DNA of 64,000 nt from contig JAUWYL010000003.1 of assembly GCA_030615855.1 (NCBI GenBank), positions 2,384-66,383 of the forward strand, written 5' to 3'. The DNA comes from a bacterium (GTDB lineage: Bacteria > UBP18 > UBA7526). The position numbers and the translations under genes are program-made. This document shows positions 10,451 to 20,551 of this stretch, piece after piece; positions within the stretch are counted from its first letter, which is position 1; each line of letters opens with the position of its first letter. A model generated the notes under the pieces. That model saw nothing but the letters and a program-made list of their open reading frames with translations, ran no database searches and was not told the origin of the DNA.

Positions 10451-11020
10451 TCATGGTTCACTGACATTATATTTATTCATAGCGGGGATAATTCCTTCTT
10501 TCACAAGAAGGATCAGAGCCTCCCCTGCTCTATCTATCGCTTTTTTAACTAATAAATTTTCTTCTCTTGTAAAATTCTTAAGGACGTAATCTTTAGGATC
10601 TATTCTTTGAGAAGGCCTTCCAATCCCTATGCGCAAGCGAGGAAATTCATTACTTTTTAAATATCGAATTATGGATTCCAAGCCTTTATGGCCGCCAGAT
10701 GTACCTTTTTTCCTTATTCTTATTCTTCCTAAAGGAAGGTCGATGTCATCACAGACAATGATCAGATTCTTCAAAGGAATCTTCAGGCCTCTAACTAAGG
10801 AGGCCGCTGCCACTCCAGAGTTATTCATAAAGGTCAGGGGTTGGGCAAGAACGATCCTTTTCCTTCCTATCCTTCCCCTTCCCATAAGGGATTTATATCT
10901 TTTGGTCTTTAAGTCGACCTTTAGTCTTCTGGCCAGGGAATCGAGGACCCGGAAGCCTAAGTTGTGACGACTCTTCAGATATCTCTTCCCCGGATTCCCC
11001 AGGCCGAGGAAGAGAATCAT
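10451..11020 (-). CDS. pth: peptidyl-tRNA hydrolase
   Basis: MILFLGLGNPGKRYLKSRHNLGF. 4-bp overlap with upstream rplY. Confidence 0.9.
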   Translation of the reverse strand: MILFLGLGNPGKRYLKSRHNLGFRVLDSLARRLKVDLKTKRYKSLMGRGRIGRKRIVLAQPLTFMNNSGVAAASLVRGLKIPLKNLIIVCDDIDLPLGRIRIRKKGTSGGHKGLESIIRYLKSNEFPRLRIGIGRPSQRIDPKDYVLKNFTREENLLVKKAIDRAGEALILLVKEGIIPAMNKYNVSEP

Positions 11021-11775
11021 TTCTTCTTTTCTTCTGCCTTCGGTGCTTTCTCTGGCTTCTTCTCTTCCTTAGCAGGAGGCTTGGCCTCTTTTACCTCCCT
11101 AGGAGGCGGAGCTGGTTTCTTCTTTGCTTCCTCTGCCTCCTCTGGTGGCACCTCCTTCTCCTCTCCGATTACCTCTGGCTCGGCCACCACCTCCTCTGGG
11201 GTGGGTGGGACCACCTCCTCCACTGTAGGAGGTACAATAGAGACTACGGATTCTTCTCCATCTGCCAATATCTCGATATCACCGATTACTCTCAAATCCT
11301 TGACGTGCAGAGAGTCCCCAATCCCTAATTCTGAGACATCGACGGAAATGGACTCCGGGATCTCAGTGGGGAGGCACTCCACCTCTATCTCCCTCAATCT
11401 ATGCTGAAGTATTCCTCCCTCTTTTACCCCAGGAGCCTCTCCCCTCACCTCAATGGGAACCGAGGCCTTTAACCTCTCTCTCAGGGATATCTGGCAGAGG
11501 TCAACGTGGAGAAGATCTTCCCTCACGGGATCGGTCTGCAGGTCCTTTACAATGACCGTCCTTGTCTTATCTCCCACCTTTAAAGATATGATGACATTCT
11601 CCCCTGCTTCAGAAGAGAGGGCTCTCTCCAAGTCCTTAGTATTTACAATCAGGGATTGGGCTTTCTCTTTTCCTCCATAGAGTATGGCCGGGATATAACC
11701 TCTTCTTCTCAGTCTTCCCGAGGAGCCCTTCCCCGTCTTCTCCCTGATCTCGGCCTCTAAACTTACTTTCTCCAT
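11017..11775 (-). CDS. rplY: 50S ribosomal protein L25 / general stress protein Ctc
   Basis: N-terminal L25 domain (RRRGYIPAILYGG) with a Lys/Glu/Pro-rich C-terminal extension. Lies in the conserved glmU-prs-rplY-pth cluster. Confidence 0.85.
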   Translation of the reverse strand: MEKVSLEAEIREKTGKGSSGRLRRRGYIPAILYGGKEKAQSLIVNTKDLERALSSEAGENVIISLKVGDKTRTVIVKDLQTDPVREDLLHVDLCQISLRERLKASVPIEVRGEAPGVKEGGILQHRLREIEVECLPTEIPESISVDVSELGIGDSLHVKDLRVIGDIEILADGEESVVSIVPPTVEEVVPPTPEEVVAEPEVIGEEKEVPPEEAEEAKKKPAPPPREVKEAKPPAKEEKKPEKAPKAEEKKK

Positions 11776-11796
11776 TCTTCCTCACTCCGTTCGGAT

Positions 11797-11882
11797 ACAC
11801 GGATTTGCACGGATTACAAAACGGATGAGCACGGATTAAATCAGTGCTAATCAGTGTAATAAAATCCGTGCTAATCAGTGCT
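11797..11882. repeat. cacggatt / aatcagtg k-mer repeat array upstream of rplY
   Basis: cacggatttgcacggattacaaaacggatgagcacggattaaatcagtgctaatcagtgtaataaaatccgtgctaatcagtgc. Confidence 0.7.
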
Positions 11883-12841
11883 TAATCAAAGAGGGAGCTT
11901 ACTGACTCTCCCTTGTAAATGCGTTTTATTGCCTCTCCTAAGAGCGGGGCAACAGATAGAACCTTTATCTTCTTGAGCCTCTTCTCCTTTGGCAGAGGAA
12001 TGGTATCAGTGATTATCACTTCCTTAATTACCTTCTCCTTTAATATCTCTATTGCTGGCGGAGAGAAGACCCCATGGGTGCAGGCAGCAGAGATCTCCCT
12101 TGCTCCCTCATCTTTCAAGGCCTTTACTGCCTTTATTAAGGTTCCCGCAGTATCTATGATATCATCGACAATGACCAGGTTCTTATTCTTTACTTCACCG
12201 ATGACATTCATCACTGTCGTCTTTCCCGATAGATCCCTCCGTTTATCAATGATGGCTAAAGGAGCCTTCAACCGCTTGGCATAGAACCTCGCCCTAGCTA
12301 CCCCACCAGCATCTGGAGCCACAACCACGAACCTCTTCTTCTTGAGATATCTGCAGATGCTTGGGGTAGCGAAGAGATGATCCACCGGGATATCGAAGAA
12401 GGACTGTATCTGAGCAGCATGTAGATCCATGGTAAGCACCCTATGGGCCCCAGAGCGGGCGATGAGGTTGGCCACCAGTTTGGCGGCGATGGAGACTCGG
12501 GGCTCCACCTTCCTATCCTGCCGGGCATATCCATAGTAGGGTAGAACAGCGGTGATCCTCTCTGCCGATGCCCTCTGGGCGGCATCGATCAAGAGCAATA
12601 GTTCCATCAGACTCTTATTCACTGGAGGACAGGTGGGCTGAAGAATAAAGACATCCTTTCCCCTTATATTCTCTAATATCTTGACATAGGTCTCCCCATC
12701 TGGGAACTGGGTGACCTCTGCTTTTCCTAAAGGAATCTTCAAATATCTGCAGATCTCCTTTGCTAACTCTGGATTGGCATTTCCCGTAAAGACCTTCAAC
12801 TTATCCTTCATCCCGTTTCCTCCTTTGCAATTATAACACAC
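11882..12841 (-). CDS. prs: ribose-phosphate pyrophosphokinase
   Basis: 319 aa. PRPP synthetase N- and C-domains, with PRPP-binding loop VDDIIDTAGT. Confidence 0.9.
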   Translation of the reverse strand: MCYNCKGGNGMKDKLKVFTGNANPELAKEICRYLKIPLGKAEVTQFPDGETYVKILENIRGKDVFILQPTCPPVNKSLMELLLLIDAAQRASAERITAVLPYYGYARQDRKVEPRVSIAAKLVANLIARSGAHRVLTMDLHAAQIQSFFDIPVDHLFATPSICRYLKKKRFVVVAPDAGGVARARFYAKRLKAPLAIIDKRRDLSGKTTVMNVIGEVKNKNLVIVDDIIDTAGTLIKAVKALKDEGAREISAACTHGVFSPPAIEILKEKVIKEVIITDTIPLPKEKRLKKIKVLSVAPLLGEAIKRIYKGESVSSLFD

Positions 12842-12892
12842 GAATCTATATGAATCAGAAACGAATTCACATGAATCTTTGACTTATTCGTG

Positions 12893-14281
12893 TCATTTCG
12901 TGTTTCTTTTTCGCTTCTGTGACCTCTTCTTTGCCCAGTCCTTTATATTCCTCTGTCTTCCCCGAGCAATGGCCAGGGCATAAGGGGGAACGTCCTCAGT
13001 AATGGTGGAGCCAGCTCCGATCACCGCTCCTCTCCCAATTTTGACTGGAGCAATGAAGTTGGTATTGCTTCCCACGAACACCCCATCAGAAATCGTGGTG
13101 GGATACTTCTTGAAGCCATCGTAGTTACAGGTGATGGTTCCTGCCCCGATATTGATCTCATCCCCTAAGGTAGCATCCCCAATGTAGGACATGTGGGCCA
13201 CCTTGGACTCTCTTCCAATACTTGACTTCTTTATCTCTACAAAGTTCCCGATCTTGGCTCTCTTCCCGATCCTGCTCTTTGGCCTCAGGTGGGCATAGGG
13301 GCCGATTCTGGCCTCTGATTCTATGATGCTATTCTGAATGGATGAGTTCTTGATCTCAACCTTATTGGCCACTCTACTATCCCTTATCTGGACCGCGGGG
13401 CCGATGATACAGTCTTTTCCAATTCTACTCTTGCCCTCAATTATGGTGAAGGGATAGATTACGGTATCCCGATCGATCTCTACCTCCTGGTCAATGGTAG
13501 TAGTGAGAGGATCAACGATGGTCACCCCATTGAGCATGAGCCTATCCAGGATGTGCTCCCTCATGATCCTATTGGCCAAGGCAAGATCCTTCCGAGAGTT
13601 AATCCCGATGATCTCATCTGACTCATCCGTGGTATAGGCACTGACCTTATGGCCCTTCTTGGTCAAGACCTCAATGGCATCTGTTAGGTAATACTCCTCC
13701 TGGACGTTCTCCGGCTTTATCTTCTCTAAGGCCTGGAAGATGGCTTCCTTCTTAAAACAGTAGGTCCCGGCATTCACCTCCTCATTGGCCAGTTCGATTA
13801 TCGTGGCATCCTCCTCCTCTACTATCTTACGGATGGTTCCATCCCCATGCCTGATGACCCTCCCATATCCTGTAGGAGGCTTCAGGATGGCAGTAAGAAT
13901 GGTGGCCAGGGCATCCTTCTCTCTGTGGGTCTCGATCAGTCCCTTCAGGGTCTGGGTTGTTAAGAGCGGGGTGTCCCCGCTTAAGACCAGAAGATCCCCT
14001 TTGAATTTAGTGAGGTCTTCTCTGTATTGGGCCAGGGCATGGCCGGTACCCAGCTGCTCCTTCTGCCAGATGTAATCTACCCTTTTGCCCAGGGCCTCTT
14101 TAACTAAACTTCCTTTATATCCAATGATGACTATCTTCCGATCAATATTTAGCTCTTTTAATCGGTCGATGAGATATTCTATCATGGGCTTGCCACAGAC
14201 CTGGTGCAAGACCTTGGGCAATCTGGACTTCATTCTCGTCCCCTCGCCCGCTGCCAGGACAATGGCCACAATACTTTTCAT
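12893..14281 (-). CDS. glmU: bifunctional UDP-N-acetylglucosamine pyrophosphorylase / glucosamine-1-phosphate N-acetyltransferase
   Basis: 462 aa. N-terminal LAAGEGTRMKS nucleotidyltransferase motif. C-terminal left-handed beta-helix hexapeptide repeats. Confidence 0.9.
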   Translation of the reverse strand: MKSIVAIVLAAGEGTRMKSRLPKVLHQVCGKPMIEYLIDRLKELNIDRKIVIIGYKGSLVKEALGKRVDYIWQKEQLGTGHALAQYREDLTKFKGDLLVLSGDTPLLTTQTLKGLIETHREKDALATILTAILKPPTGYGRVIRHGDGTIRKIVEEEDATIIELANEEVNAGTYCFKKEAIFQALEKIKPENVQEEYYLTDAIEVLTKKGHKVSAYTTDESDEIIGINSRKDLALANRIMREHILDRLMLNGVTIVDPLTTTIDQEVEIDRDTVIYPFTIIEGKSRIGKDCIIGPAVQIRDSRVANKVEIKNSSIQNSIIESEARIGPYAHLRPKSRIGKRAKIGNFVEIKKSSIGRESKVAHMSYIGDATLGDEINIGAGTITCNYDGFKKYPTTISDGVFVGSNTNFIAPVKIGRGAVIGAGSTITEDVPPYALAIARGRQRNIKDWAKKRSQKRKRNTK

Positions 14282-14323
14282 CTTTTACTCCTCAATAAAA
14301 AGTCAAAAGTCAAAAGTCAATAG

Positions 14324-14713
14324 TCAATAGTCTTTTTCCGATTTTGGAAGAAATTTTTCAGGATCGTTATGCATTACCCATAGCATAGAAATTATTTCCT
14401 GATAATCATTATCAATCTCGTGATATATGTCTTCATCCAAATAGCCATGCTGCAATGCATAATCAAGCCAATTTTGGGTTTCCTGTGCTTCTCCCATGGC
14501 ATCTACCATTTTGACCTTAAATGCTTTAGGATACATTCGTTTTGCCCACCCCTCAGCAATTTGACCGCTTACAGAACGGGAAGATCTTAGGGTCTGATCT
14601 ATAAGAGAATACCTTTCTTCCTTTGGCCAAGAACGAGTCAACTCATATAATCTGCAAGATAAAGCGAATGCTTTCTGCCATACCTTGAGATCACGAAACG
14701 ATTTTATTTTCAT
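14324..14713 (-). CDS. four-helix-bundle protein (23S rRNA intervening-sequence protein family)
   Basis: DLKVWQKAFALSCRLYELTRSWPKEERYSLIDQTLRSSRSVSGQIAEGW matches the conserved core of this family. Confidence 0.7.
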   Translation of the reverse strand: MKIKSFRDLKVWQKAFALSCRLYELTRSWPKEERYSLIDQTLRSSRSVSGQIAEGWAKRMYPKAFKVKMVDAMGEAQETQNWLDYALQHGYLDEDIYHEIDNDYQEIISMLWVMHNDPEKFLPKSEKDY

Positions 14714-14770
14714 TCTTACTCTATTTTCTGACTATCGACTAATGACTATCGACTAATGACTAATTGTAAG

Positions 14771-14841
14771 CTGCCGGGGATGGGATCGAACCATCACACC
14801 GGACTCCAAAGGCCCGTGTCCTACCATTAGACGACCCGGCA
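14771..14841 (-). tRNA. tRNA-Gln (anticodon UUG)
   Basis: Minus-strand sequence TGCCGGGTCGTCTAATGGTAGGACACGGGCCTTTGGAGTCCGGTGTGATGGTTCGATCCCATCCCCGGCAG folds as a cloverleaf. 7-bp acceptor stem with U1-A72, TTCGATC T-loop, anticodon loop CTTTGGA. CCA is not encoded. Confidence 0.75.
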
Positions 14842-14997
14842 ACTCTTCCTTAAGGGCTCTCTCTTGAAAATCTTTAGAACCCTCTGATTACACAGATTTC
14901 AAAATGACTACACTGATTTTACTGTCGAAGTCTTAATCTGTGTAATCTATCTTTCAATCTTGTAATCAAAGATTTCTGACTTTTTCAGAAATCTTTT

Positions 14998-15348
14998 TTA
15001 CTTCTTCTCTTCCTCCGGCTTCTCCCTTACCTCAGGGGCCTCTTCGTAGACCTTGGGTTCTTCAGGAACCACTGCCTCTGGGACTGCTCCCTGGGAGGCG
15101 AGCTCTTCCTGGTACTTCCCAATGACCTTCTCCTCAATCATCCTTCTGGTCTCGTTGTTCAGGGGATGGGCGATGTCCTTGAAGCTTCCGTCCTGGAGCC
15201 GCCTGGAAGGCATGGAGACAAAGAGTCCCCTCATACCTTTGATCACCTTTAAGCCCCTCACCACAAAGCAACCATCGAAGACGATGGAGGCAAAGGCCTT
15301 GAGCTTTTCCTCATCCCTGAGCGTGATGCGTATTTCCGTGATCTCCAT
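14998..15348 (-). CDS. spoVG: septation / regulatory protein SpoVG
   Basis: MEITEIRITLRDEEKLKAFASIVFDGCFVVRGLKVIKG is the canonical SpoVG N-terminus. Confidence 0.85.
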   Translation of the reverse strand: MEITEIRITLRDEEKLKAFASIVFDGCFVVRGLKVIKGMRGLFVSMPSRRLQDGSFKDIAHPLNNETRRMIEEKVIGKYQEELASQGAVPEAVVPEEPKVYEEAPEVREKPEEEKK

Positions 15349-15367
15349 CTAGTTCTCACCACCTTCC

Positions 15368-16276
15368 TTATGCAAGATGCTTAAAAGATTTCAAGAAAAA
15401 GACCTTTCTAAAGTCTTTCTTTATCTTCTTATAAATCTCTTCTGCTTTCTGGTAGTCTTCCGCCAGACCAAAGACTGAAGGGCCAGAGCCACTCATCAAA
15501 GCGCCGCAGGCACCCAATTCCAAGAGCCTTTTCTTTATCTTACCAATTTGGGGATGCCTGGGAATGACCACTTCCTCTAATCTATTATATAGGCTATTAC
15601 CTATTTTCTTTACGTTGCCCGATTTCAGGGCAAACAAAATTATTTTAATACTTTGCGCTTCTTTTGTCAAGTCCTTCAGGTTCTTATTTCTGAGCGAAGC
15701 GAAGAAACAAGGTTCTGACGAAGTCAGGTTCTTATAGGCCCACTCTGTAGAGACCTCAAAATCAGGGGAGATGAGGACAAAGTAAAGGGTTGGGCTCTGG
15801 GGAAGAGGTTTTAGCTTATCCCCCCTACCTTTTCCTAAAACCCTTCCTTTTCTCAAGAAGAAAGGAGCGTCTACCCCTATCTCTCGGGCAAGACCGGCTA
15901 GTTCTTGATAACTTAAACCCAAGTTCCACAACCTATTCAATCCCAGAAGGACACTCGCCCCATTACTTGACCCCCCTCCCAGGCCACTGGCTAGGGGTAT
16001 TTTCTTATCGAGGGTAATCTGGACTCCTCTTTTGATCTTGAGTCTCTCTTTTAAGAGGGAGGCTGCCTGGTAAGCAAGGTTCTCTTTCCCTAAAGGCAGT
16101 TCAGGAAGATCGCTCTTAATTTCTATCTCTTTCTCTATCTCTTTCAGTGTGAGACTATCGAAGAGGTCTACCGTCTCTAGGATGGTCTCCACATTATGGT
16201 AGCCATCCCCTCTCTTTCCCAGGACCTCTAAAAAGAGATTTACCTTGGCTGGTGATTCAATCCTTAGCTCTTTCAA
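15368..16276 (-). CDS. ispE: 4-diphosphocytidyl-2-C-methyl-D-erythritol kinase
   Basis: GHMP-kinase motifs (PLASGLGGGSSNGAS, KVNLFLEVLGKR). Carries an in-frame interspersed-repeat segment encoding ...KNLTSSEPCFFASLRNKNLKDL... Confidence 0.85.
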   Translation of the reverse strand: MKELRIESPAKVNLFLEVLGKRGDGYHNVETILETVDLFDSLTLKEIEKEIEIKSDLPELPLGKENLAYQAASLLKERLKIKRGVQITLDKKIPLASGLGGGSSNGASVLLGLNRLWNLGLSYQELAGLAREIGVDAPFFLRKGRVLGKGRGDKLKPLPQSPTLYFVLISPDFEVSTEWAYKNLTSSEPCFFASLRNKNLKDLTKEAQSIKIILFALKSGNVKKIGNSLYNRLEEVVIPRHPQIGKIKKRLLELGACGALMSGSGPSVFGLAEDYQKAEEIYKKIKKDFRKVFFLKSFKHLA

Positions 16277-18062
16277 GTTCCTTTCTTGCTCTCTTTATCT
16301 TCTGCTTAACCTTCTTATCCTTCTTAAGTTTATAAGACTTCTCCCAAAAATTAAGTGCTTTCTCTAAGAGGCCCTTCTGCTGGTAGGCATCACCAAGATG
16401 GTCGAAGATGATGGGGTCATCAGAGACAAATCCAATGGCTTTCTCTAAGAGTTCTAAGGCCTTCTCATAATTTCCCTTCTGGTAGTAACCCCATCCCAGG
16501 CTATCCAAGAAGTAGCCATTCTCCGGTTCAATCTCCAAGGCCTTCTCCACTAACTCCATGGATTCCTCAAGGTTTATTCCCCTCTCAATGTAGAGATAGC
16601 CCAGATAATTATAGGCATTGGCCAATTTGGGATCCAGTTCTATTGCCTTCCGGAAATTCTCTACCGTCTTCTCGAACTCCCCCCTCTTATCATAGGCCAC
16701 TCCCAGGTTGAAGTGGACCGCTCCATCCTTAGGATTCAAGGAGAGGGATTTCTGGAAAGAGGAGATTGCTTTCTTATAATCCTCTATCCCATTGTAGGCC
16801 AGACCGAGGAAGAACCAGACCTGGGCATTATCTGGTTTTAGTTTGGTGGTCTTCTTGAATACCTTTAGCGTTTTCCTCTTCTCATCTATTTCAGAATAGA
16901 TGTAACCCAGGTGGAGATAGGCCTCTAAGAAGTCCTTCTTTAAGTCGATGACTTTCTTGAACTGGTCCCTTGCCTTCTGATAATCCTTCTTCTCTTCAAA
17001 TAGGACTCCCAGATAGTAGTGAGCCCGCACATCCTCTGGTGCTATTTTCAGTACCTTCTGGAAACCTTCTATGGCCTTATCTACCTCTCCCTGATAGTAA
17101 TAGATCAAGGCTAATCTCTTAGTTACGCTTATCTCCCTGGGATTTATCTCCAGGATCTTTTCATACTGGGAGAGGGCCTCTTTTAGCTTGTTCTGATTGC
17201 AGTAGATCTGGGCCAGGCGGTTTCGGGCAGTGATATTCTTAGGATCCTTCTTCAATACCTCAAGATATGTTTTCTTTGCCTCTTCTGTCTCATCCTTCAG
17301 TTCATATAAGATGCCCAAGGAGAGGTGGGCCGGAAGGTATTCTGGATTGAGCTCTAAGACCTTCTTATAAGAAGCGATGGCTTTAGCAAACTCTCCCTTT
17401 CCACTATAGAGCAGAGCCAGGTTTAAATGGGTACTTGTATAATCCGGTTCCAGCCTCTCAACCTCCTCATAGGAGTCTATTGCTTTTTCAAAGTCCCCTT
17501 CCCTAGCATAGAGGTTCCCCAGGATGAAGTGGGCCTCAGCATAATCCGGCTCCAGATCTATTGCTCTCTGATAGCATTCCCTGGCTCTTTCTATTCTTCC
17601 TTCTTCAATACTTAGGGTTCCTAAGAAGAAGTAGGTCTGGGGGGAGAGGGGATCAGTCCACATGGATCGGCGAAAGAGTCCTCTGGCTTCTTTGAACTCC
17701 TCTATTCTGAAGTAATCCTTCCCTAAGGCGGTGAGGATGGCACTGGAGTCCGGCTCATACTTTAAAGCCCGCTCATACTGCTTGATGGCCTTCTTGAAAT
17801 CACCCTCCTCATCATAGATAACCCCTAGGCTATAATGAGCATAACCTAAGGGATGAGCGATTCTTTTCTCTTCCTTGGGAGGAGTAAATGGTCTCTCTTC
17901 GATCTCAAAGGAGAAGGAAGCAAGGGGGAAGCAGAATAACCAAGAAACAAGAAACAATAGCCAAACAGAGAATTTCCAATATCCCCGCCTGCCAATCGCC
18001 TGAAGGCGATAGCCTGATGGCGGGCAGGCAATACCCAATTTCCAATGATCCGGATTAAACAT
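16257..18062 (-). CDS. tetratricopeptide (TPR) repeat protein with N-terminal signal peptide
   Basis: At least 12 tandem TPR units (AxxYxxLGxxY...). The tracked ORF 16257..18209 over-extends into pckG. The start is placed at the Met before the signal peptide WKFSVWLLFLVSWLFCFPLASF and is uncertain. Confidence 0.7.
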   Translation of the reverse strand: MFNPDHWKLGIACPPSGYRLQAIGRRGYWKFSVWLLFLVSWLFCFPLASFSFEIEERPFTPPKEEKRIAHPLGYAHYSLGVIYDEEGDFKKAIKQYERALKYEPDSSAILTALGKDYFRIEEFKEARGLFRRSMWTDPLSPQTYFFLGTLSIEEGRIERARECYQRAIDLEPDYAEAHFILGNLYAREGDFEKAIDSYEEVERLEPDYTSTHLNLALLYSGKGEFAKAIASYKKVLELNPEYLPAHLSLGILYELKDETEEAKKTYLEVLKKDPKNITARNRLAQIYCNQNKLKEALSQYEKILEINPREISVTKRLALIYYYQGEVDKAIEGFQKVLKIAPEDVRAHYYLGVLFEEKKDYQKARDQFKKVIDLKKDFLEAYLHLGYIYSEIDEKRKTLKVFKKTTKLKPDNAQVWFFLGLAYNGIEDYKKAISSFQKSLSLNPKDGAVHFNLGVAYDKRGEFEKTVENFRKAIELDPKLANAYNYLGYLYIERGINLEESMELVEKALEIEPENGYFLDSLGWGYYQKGNYEKALELLEKAIGFVSDDPIIFDHLGDAYQQKGLLEKALNFWEKSYKLKKDKKVKQKIKRARKELERAKD

Positions 18063-18192
18063 TTGACATTTAAGAATTGAACATTTTGTTAGAAATTGGA
18101 AATTAGCCCCTCGCATTTGCTCGGGATAAACCTTGTCCCGAACCTTTAGGTGAGGGATAATTAGAAATTTAATAGAGTTGTCATTTCTCATT

Positions 18193-20073
18193 TTAACTTT
18201 CTTTATCAAACACTGCTGGAGCTATGTAGTCTCCATGTTCTGCTCTTGCCACTTCTAACCTCTTTCTCTCTTCTTCCAATACCTTAAACAGGATATCCGG
18301 AGCATCAGGAACCTTTGTTCTATAGATCTCAACAATCCTTTCGTTTTTTGCTACATTCTCCGGGATCCTTAAGGTGAACTGCTTTACATAATCTTCCTCA
18401 CTATAATTCTTATCAAGGACCTCTTTAAATAATTTTTTAAGGTCTTTATACTGGGGGATATAACCAGTAGGAGTCTTAATGGCCTCAACCTCGCCATGTA
18501 CTCTTCTCTCCATCCATTTGAGCCAGATGATCTTATCCTCCACAGCATTCAGATACTCTCCCTCCTTATCCTTCAAGAAGTAATTTACGGAGAAGATGGA
18601 TGGTGGATTATCTAAGGTGTTACCAAACTGAAGATTATTATTGATGTATCTGCCTAAGGGGATGGATAAAAAGTCCAGATTGGACATGAGGTTGAACTTC
18701 CTCACCCCTTCCTCTCCCAGAGTAGCGGCAGTAGTCTCTGACTCTAGGGAGGCCCCTTTGGTTATTATCCCATGTTTCCAATCAAAAGATTCTTGTACTG
18801 GAACCCAGGTATCTGAATCCCGACCCCCATAGATTATCCCCTTTATCTCTACGCCTTGGGGATCGTCTAATTTAGGGTCACAATTCTTAAGGGCATAAAG
18901 ACTGACGGTATATCTTGCGTTCTTATGGGCATGGGTTATTTCATTCCCTTTGGCATCCTTCTTTCCTTTAAACCATTCTCCCGAATAATTAACCCCTCTC
19001 TCAGGTATCTCTCTCCCATCCCCAAGCCAATAAGGAGTCCCCTCTTCAGTCACTAAGATATTAGAGAAGATTACCTCTCCCGGAGAATTGAGAGCCTTCC
19101 AAATCAGAGGGTCGTCCTTGGGATTGACATCCCTGATAATCCCAAATATTCCACATTCAACATTTACCGCATAGACTTTTCCATCCTTCTTTTTCAGATA
19201 GGCTATATCATCGCCAATGATGGTCTCCCCTTCTATCATAGAGGTTGATGTCTTGCCACAGGCGCTGGGAAATGCTCCCGTGAAATAAGTCACCCTCGCG
19301 CCTTTCCCATGGACCCCCATGATAAGCATATGCTCCGCCAGCCAGCCTTCCCGGGAGGCCTTATGGATGGCCAGGCGCAGGGAGAGCTTCTTGAAACCTA
19401 CCGTATTTCCCGCATACTGGGTATTGGTACTATAAACAATGTGATCCTTTAAGTCTATGTATACTTTACGCTCATCGATGTTCTTACTTACCCCATTCTC
19501 AAGAGGACCGGCGCTATGAACAACCTTGAAGAATTCCCTGCTTGCTCCCATTCTTTTAAACTCCTCATACCCACTCCGATAAAGAATGCCTTCTGAGTGG
19601 GCAACATAAGCCGAATCGGTTAATTGGACAGCGGGGATGGAGAATTCAGAGTTCGTCGGTCCCAGAGAGAAGAAACAGACAAACATCTCCTTTCCTTCCA
19701 TAATCTTTTTCAGATACTCATGCACCTCTTTGAGCCCCTTCTCTCTATCTATAGCATTGACATCGGGACCTAAACTTACCTCAGGGGGAAGAAGATACTT
19801 GGTATTCTCCTTATCCCTCGCCTGGTCAAAGTAGCCATCGAAATGGATGGTATGGCCATCTATGGCCAGTGACTTTTCTTCTTTCAATTCTTTGGCCCTA
19901 TTCCTGACATACTGAGCATCCTCTAAGGAATCGGTGCGCACGAAGAGAGAGGCTGGATTACAATGCTCGACATACTTTGCTACAAAATCATGAAGCCTGG
20001 GATTATCTAACGCCATCAGTTTCTCATAGTTTTCTCGTTTGCATTTGGCCTTGAGTAACTCTTTATAATTCAT
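18193..20073 (-). CDS. pckG: phosphoenolpyruvate carboxykinase (GTP)
   Basis: 626 aa. GTP-PEPCK kinase-1a/P-loop region FPSACGKTSTSM and nucleotide-binding motifs. Confidence 0.9.
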   Translation of the reverse strand: MNYKELLKAKCKRENYEKLMALDNPRLHDFVAKYVEHCNPASLFVRTDSLEDAQYVRNRAKELKEEKSLAIDGHTIHFDGYFDQARDKENTKYLLPPEVSLGPDVNAIDREKGLKEVHEYLKKIMEGKEMFVCFFSLGPTNSEFSIPAVQLTDSAYVAHSEGILYRSGYEEFKRMGASREFFKVVHSAGPLENGVSKNIDERKVYIDLKDHIVYSTNTQYAGNTVGFKKLSLRLAIHKASREGWLAEHMLIMGVHGKGARVTYFTGAFPSACGKTSTSMIEGETIIGDDIAYLKKKDGKVYAVNVECGIFGIIRDVNPKDDPLIWKALNSPGEVIFSNILVTEEGTPYWLGDGREIPERGVNYSGEWFKGKKDAKGNEITHAHKNARYTVSLYALKNCDPKLDDPQGVEIKGIIYGGRDSDTWVPVQESFDWKHGIITKGASLESETTAATLGEEGVRKFNLMSNLDFLSIPLGRYINNNLQFGNTLDNPPSIFSVNYFLKDKEGEYLNAVEDKIIWLKWMERRVHGEVEAIKTPTGYIPQYKDLKKLFKEVLDKNYSEEDYVKQFTLRIPENVAKNERIVEIYRTKVPDAPDILFKVLEEERKRLEVARAEHGDYIAPAVFDKES

Positions 20074-20102
20074 GCTATGCTCCCGTAGTTTCTAAATTAG
20101 AC

Positions 20103-20163
20103 GAGGCAAACGAAGTGCGTCGTCACAATTATAAATTGGACAAGGCAAACGAAGTGCGTTGTC
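20103..20163. promoter_or_regulatory. two tandem near-identical 25-bp palindromic sites (GACRAGGCAAACGAAGTGCGTYGTC) upstream of pckG
   Basis: Each unit has 5-bp inverted-repeat ends. Centres are about 36 bp apart, 30-90 bp upstream of the pckG start. Reading as operator sites is an inference. Confidence 0.35.
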
Positions 20164-20551
20164 ATATCTTTCCATTACTTTCCTTCACTCTTGAAAGGGA
20201 TAAGTAAGAGAGATAATCATGACTAAATAAGAACCTGACTTCGTCAGAACCTTGTTTTGCTTATTGAAGTTCCGATACCTCAAAATAGCCACCAATGATC
20301 AGGATGGGAGCAGTAGTGAGGGAGCCTTTCTAGAGATAGAGAAATCCTAAAGCAGCGATCAAGAGGCCCAGTCCAAAAATCATTAGAGTTTTCTTAGTGT
20401 CTCTCTTCACCCCGCACCTTCCCCTTGCTATAACTAAATTAGTTTAGCATACTAAACTCTGGAATGCAAATAAAAAGAAAAAGCCCCACCAATATCCCCC
20501 TAATATCGAGGGATTCGGGAGAGGCTTTCTCTTTCCTAAAATATTTCTTCC

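Noticed and set aside
16257-18209. Full 650-aa extent of the TPR ORF including the N-terminal 49 codons
   Set aside because: The first ~16 bp overlap the pckG stop region and the extension has no RBS. The start is more plausibly the Met just before the signal peptide at ~18062. Retained as a shortened CDS.
20290-20400. Tiny minus-strand peptide (MIFGLGLLIAALGFLYL, ~17-26 aa) in the pckG upstream spacer
   Set aside because: Single hydrophobic helix, no convincing RBS, too short to support without expression evidence.
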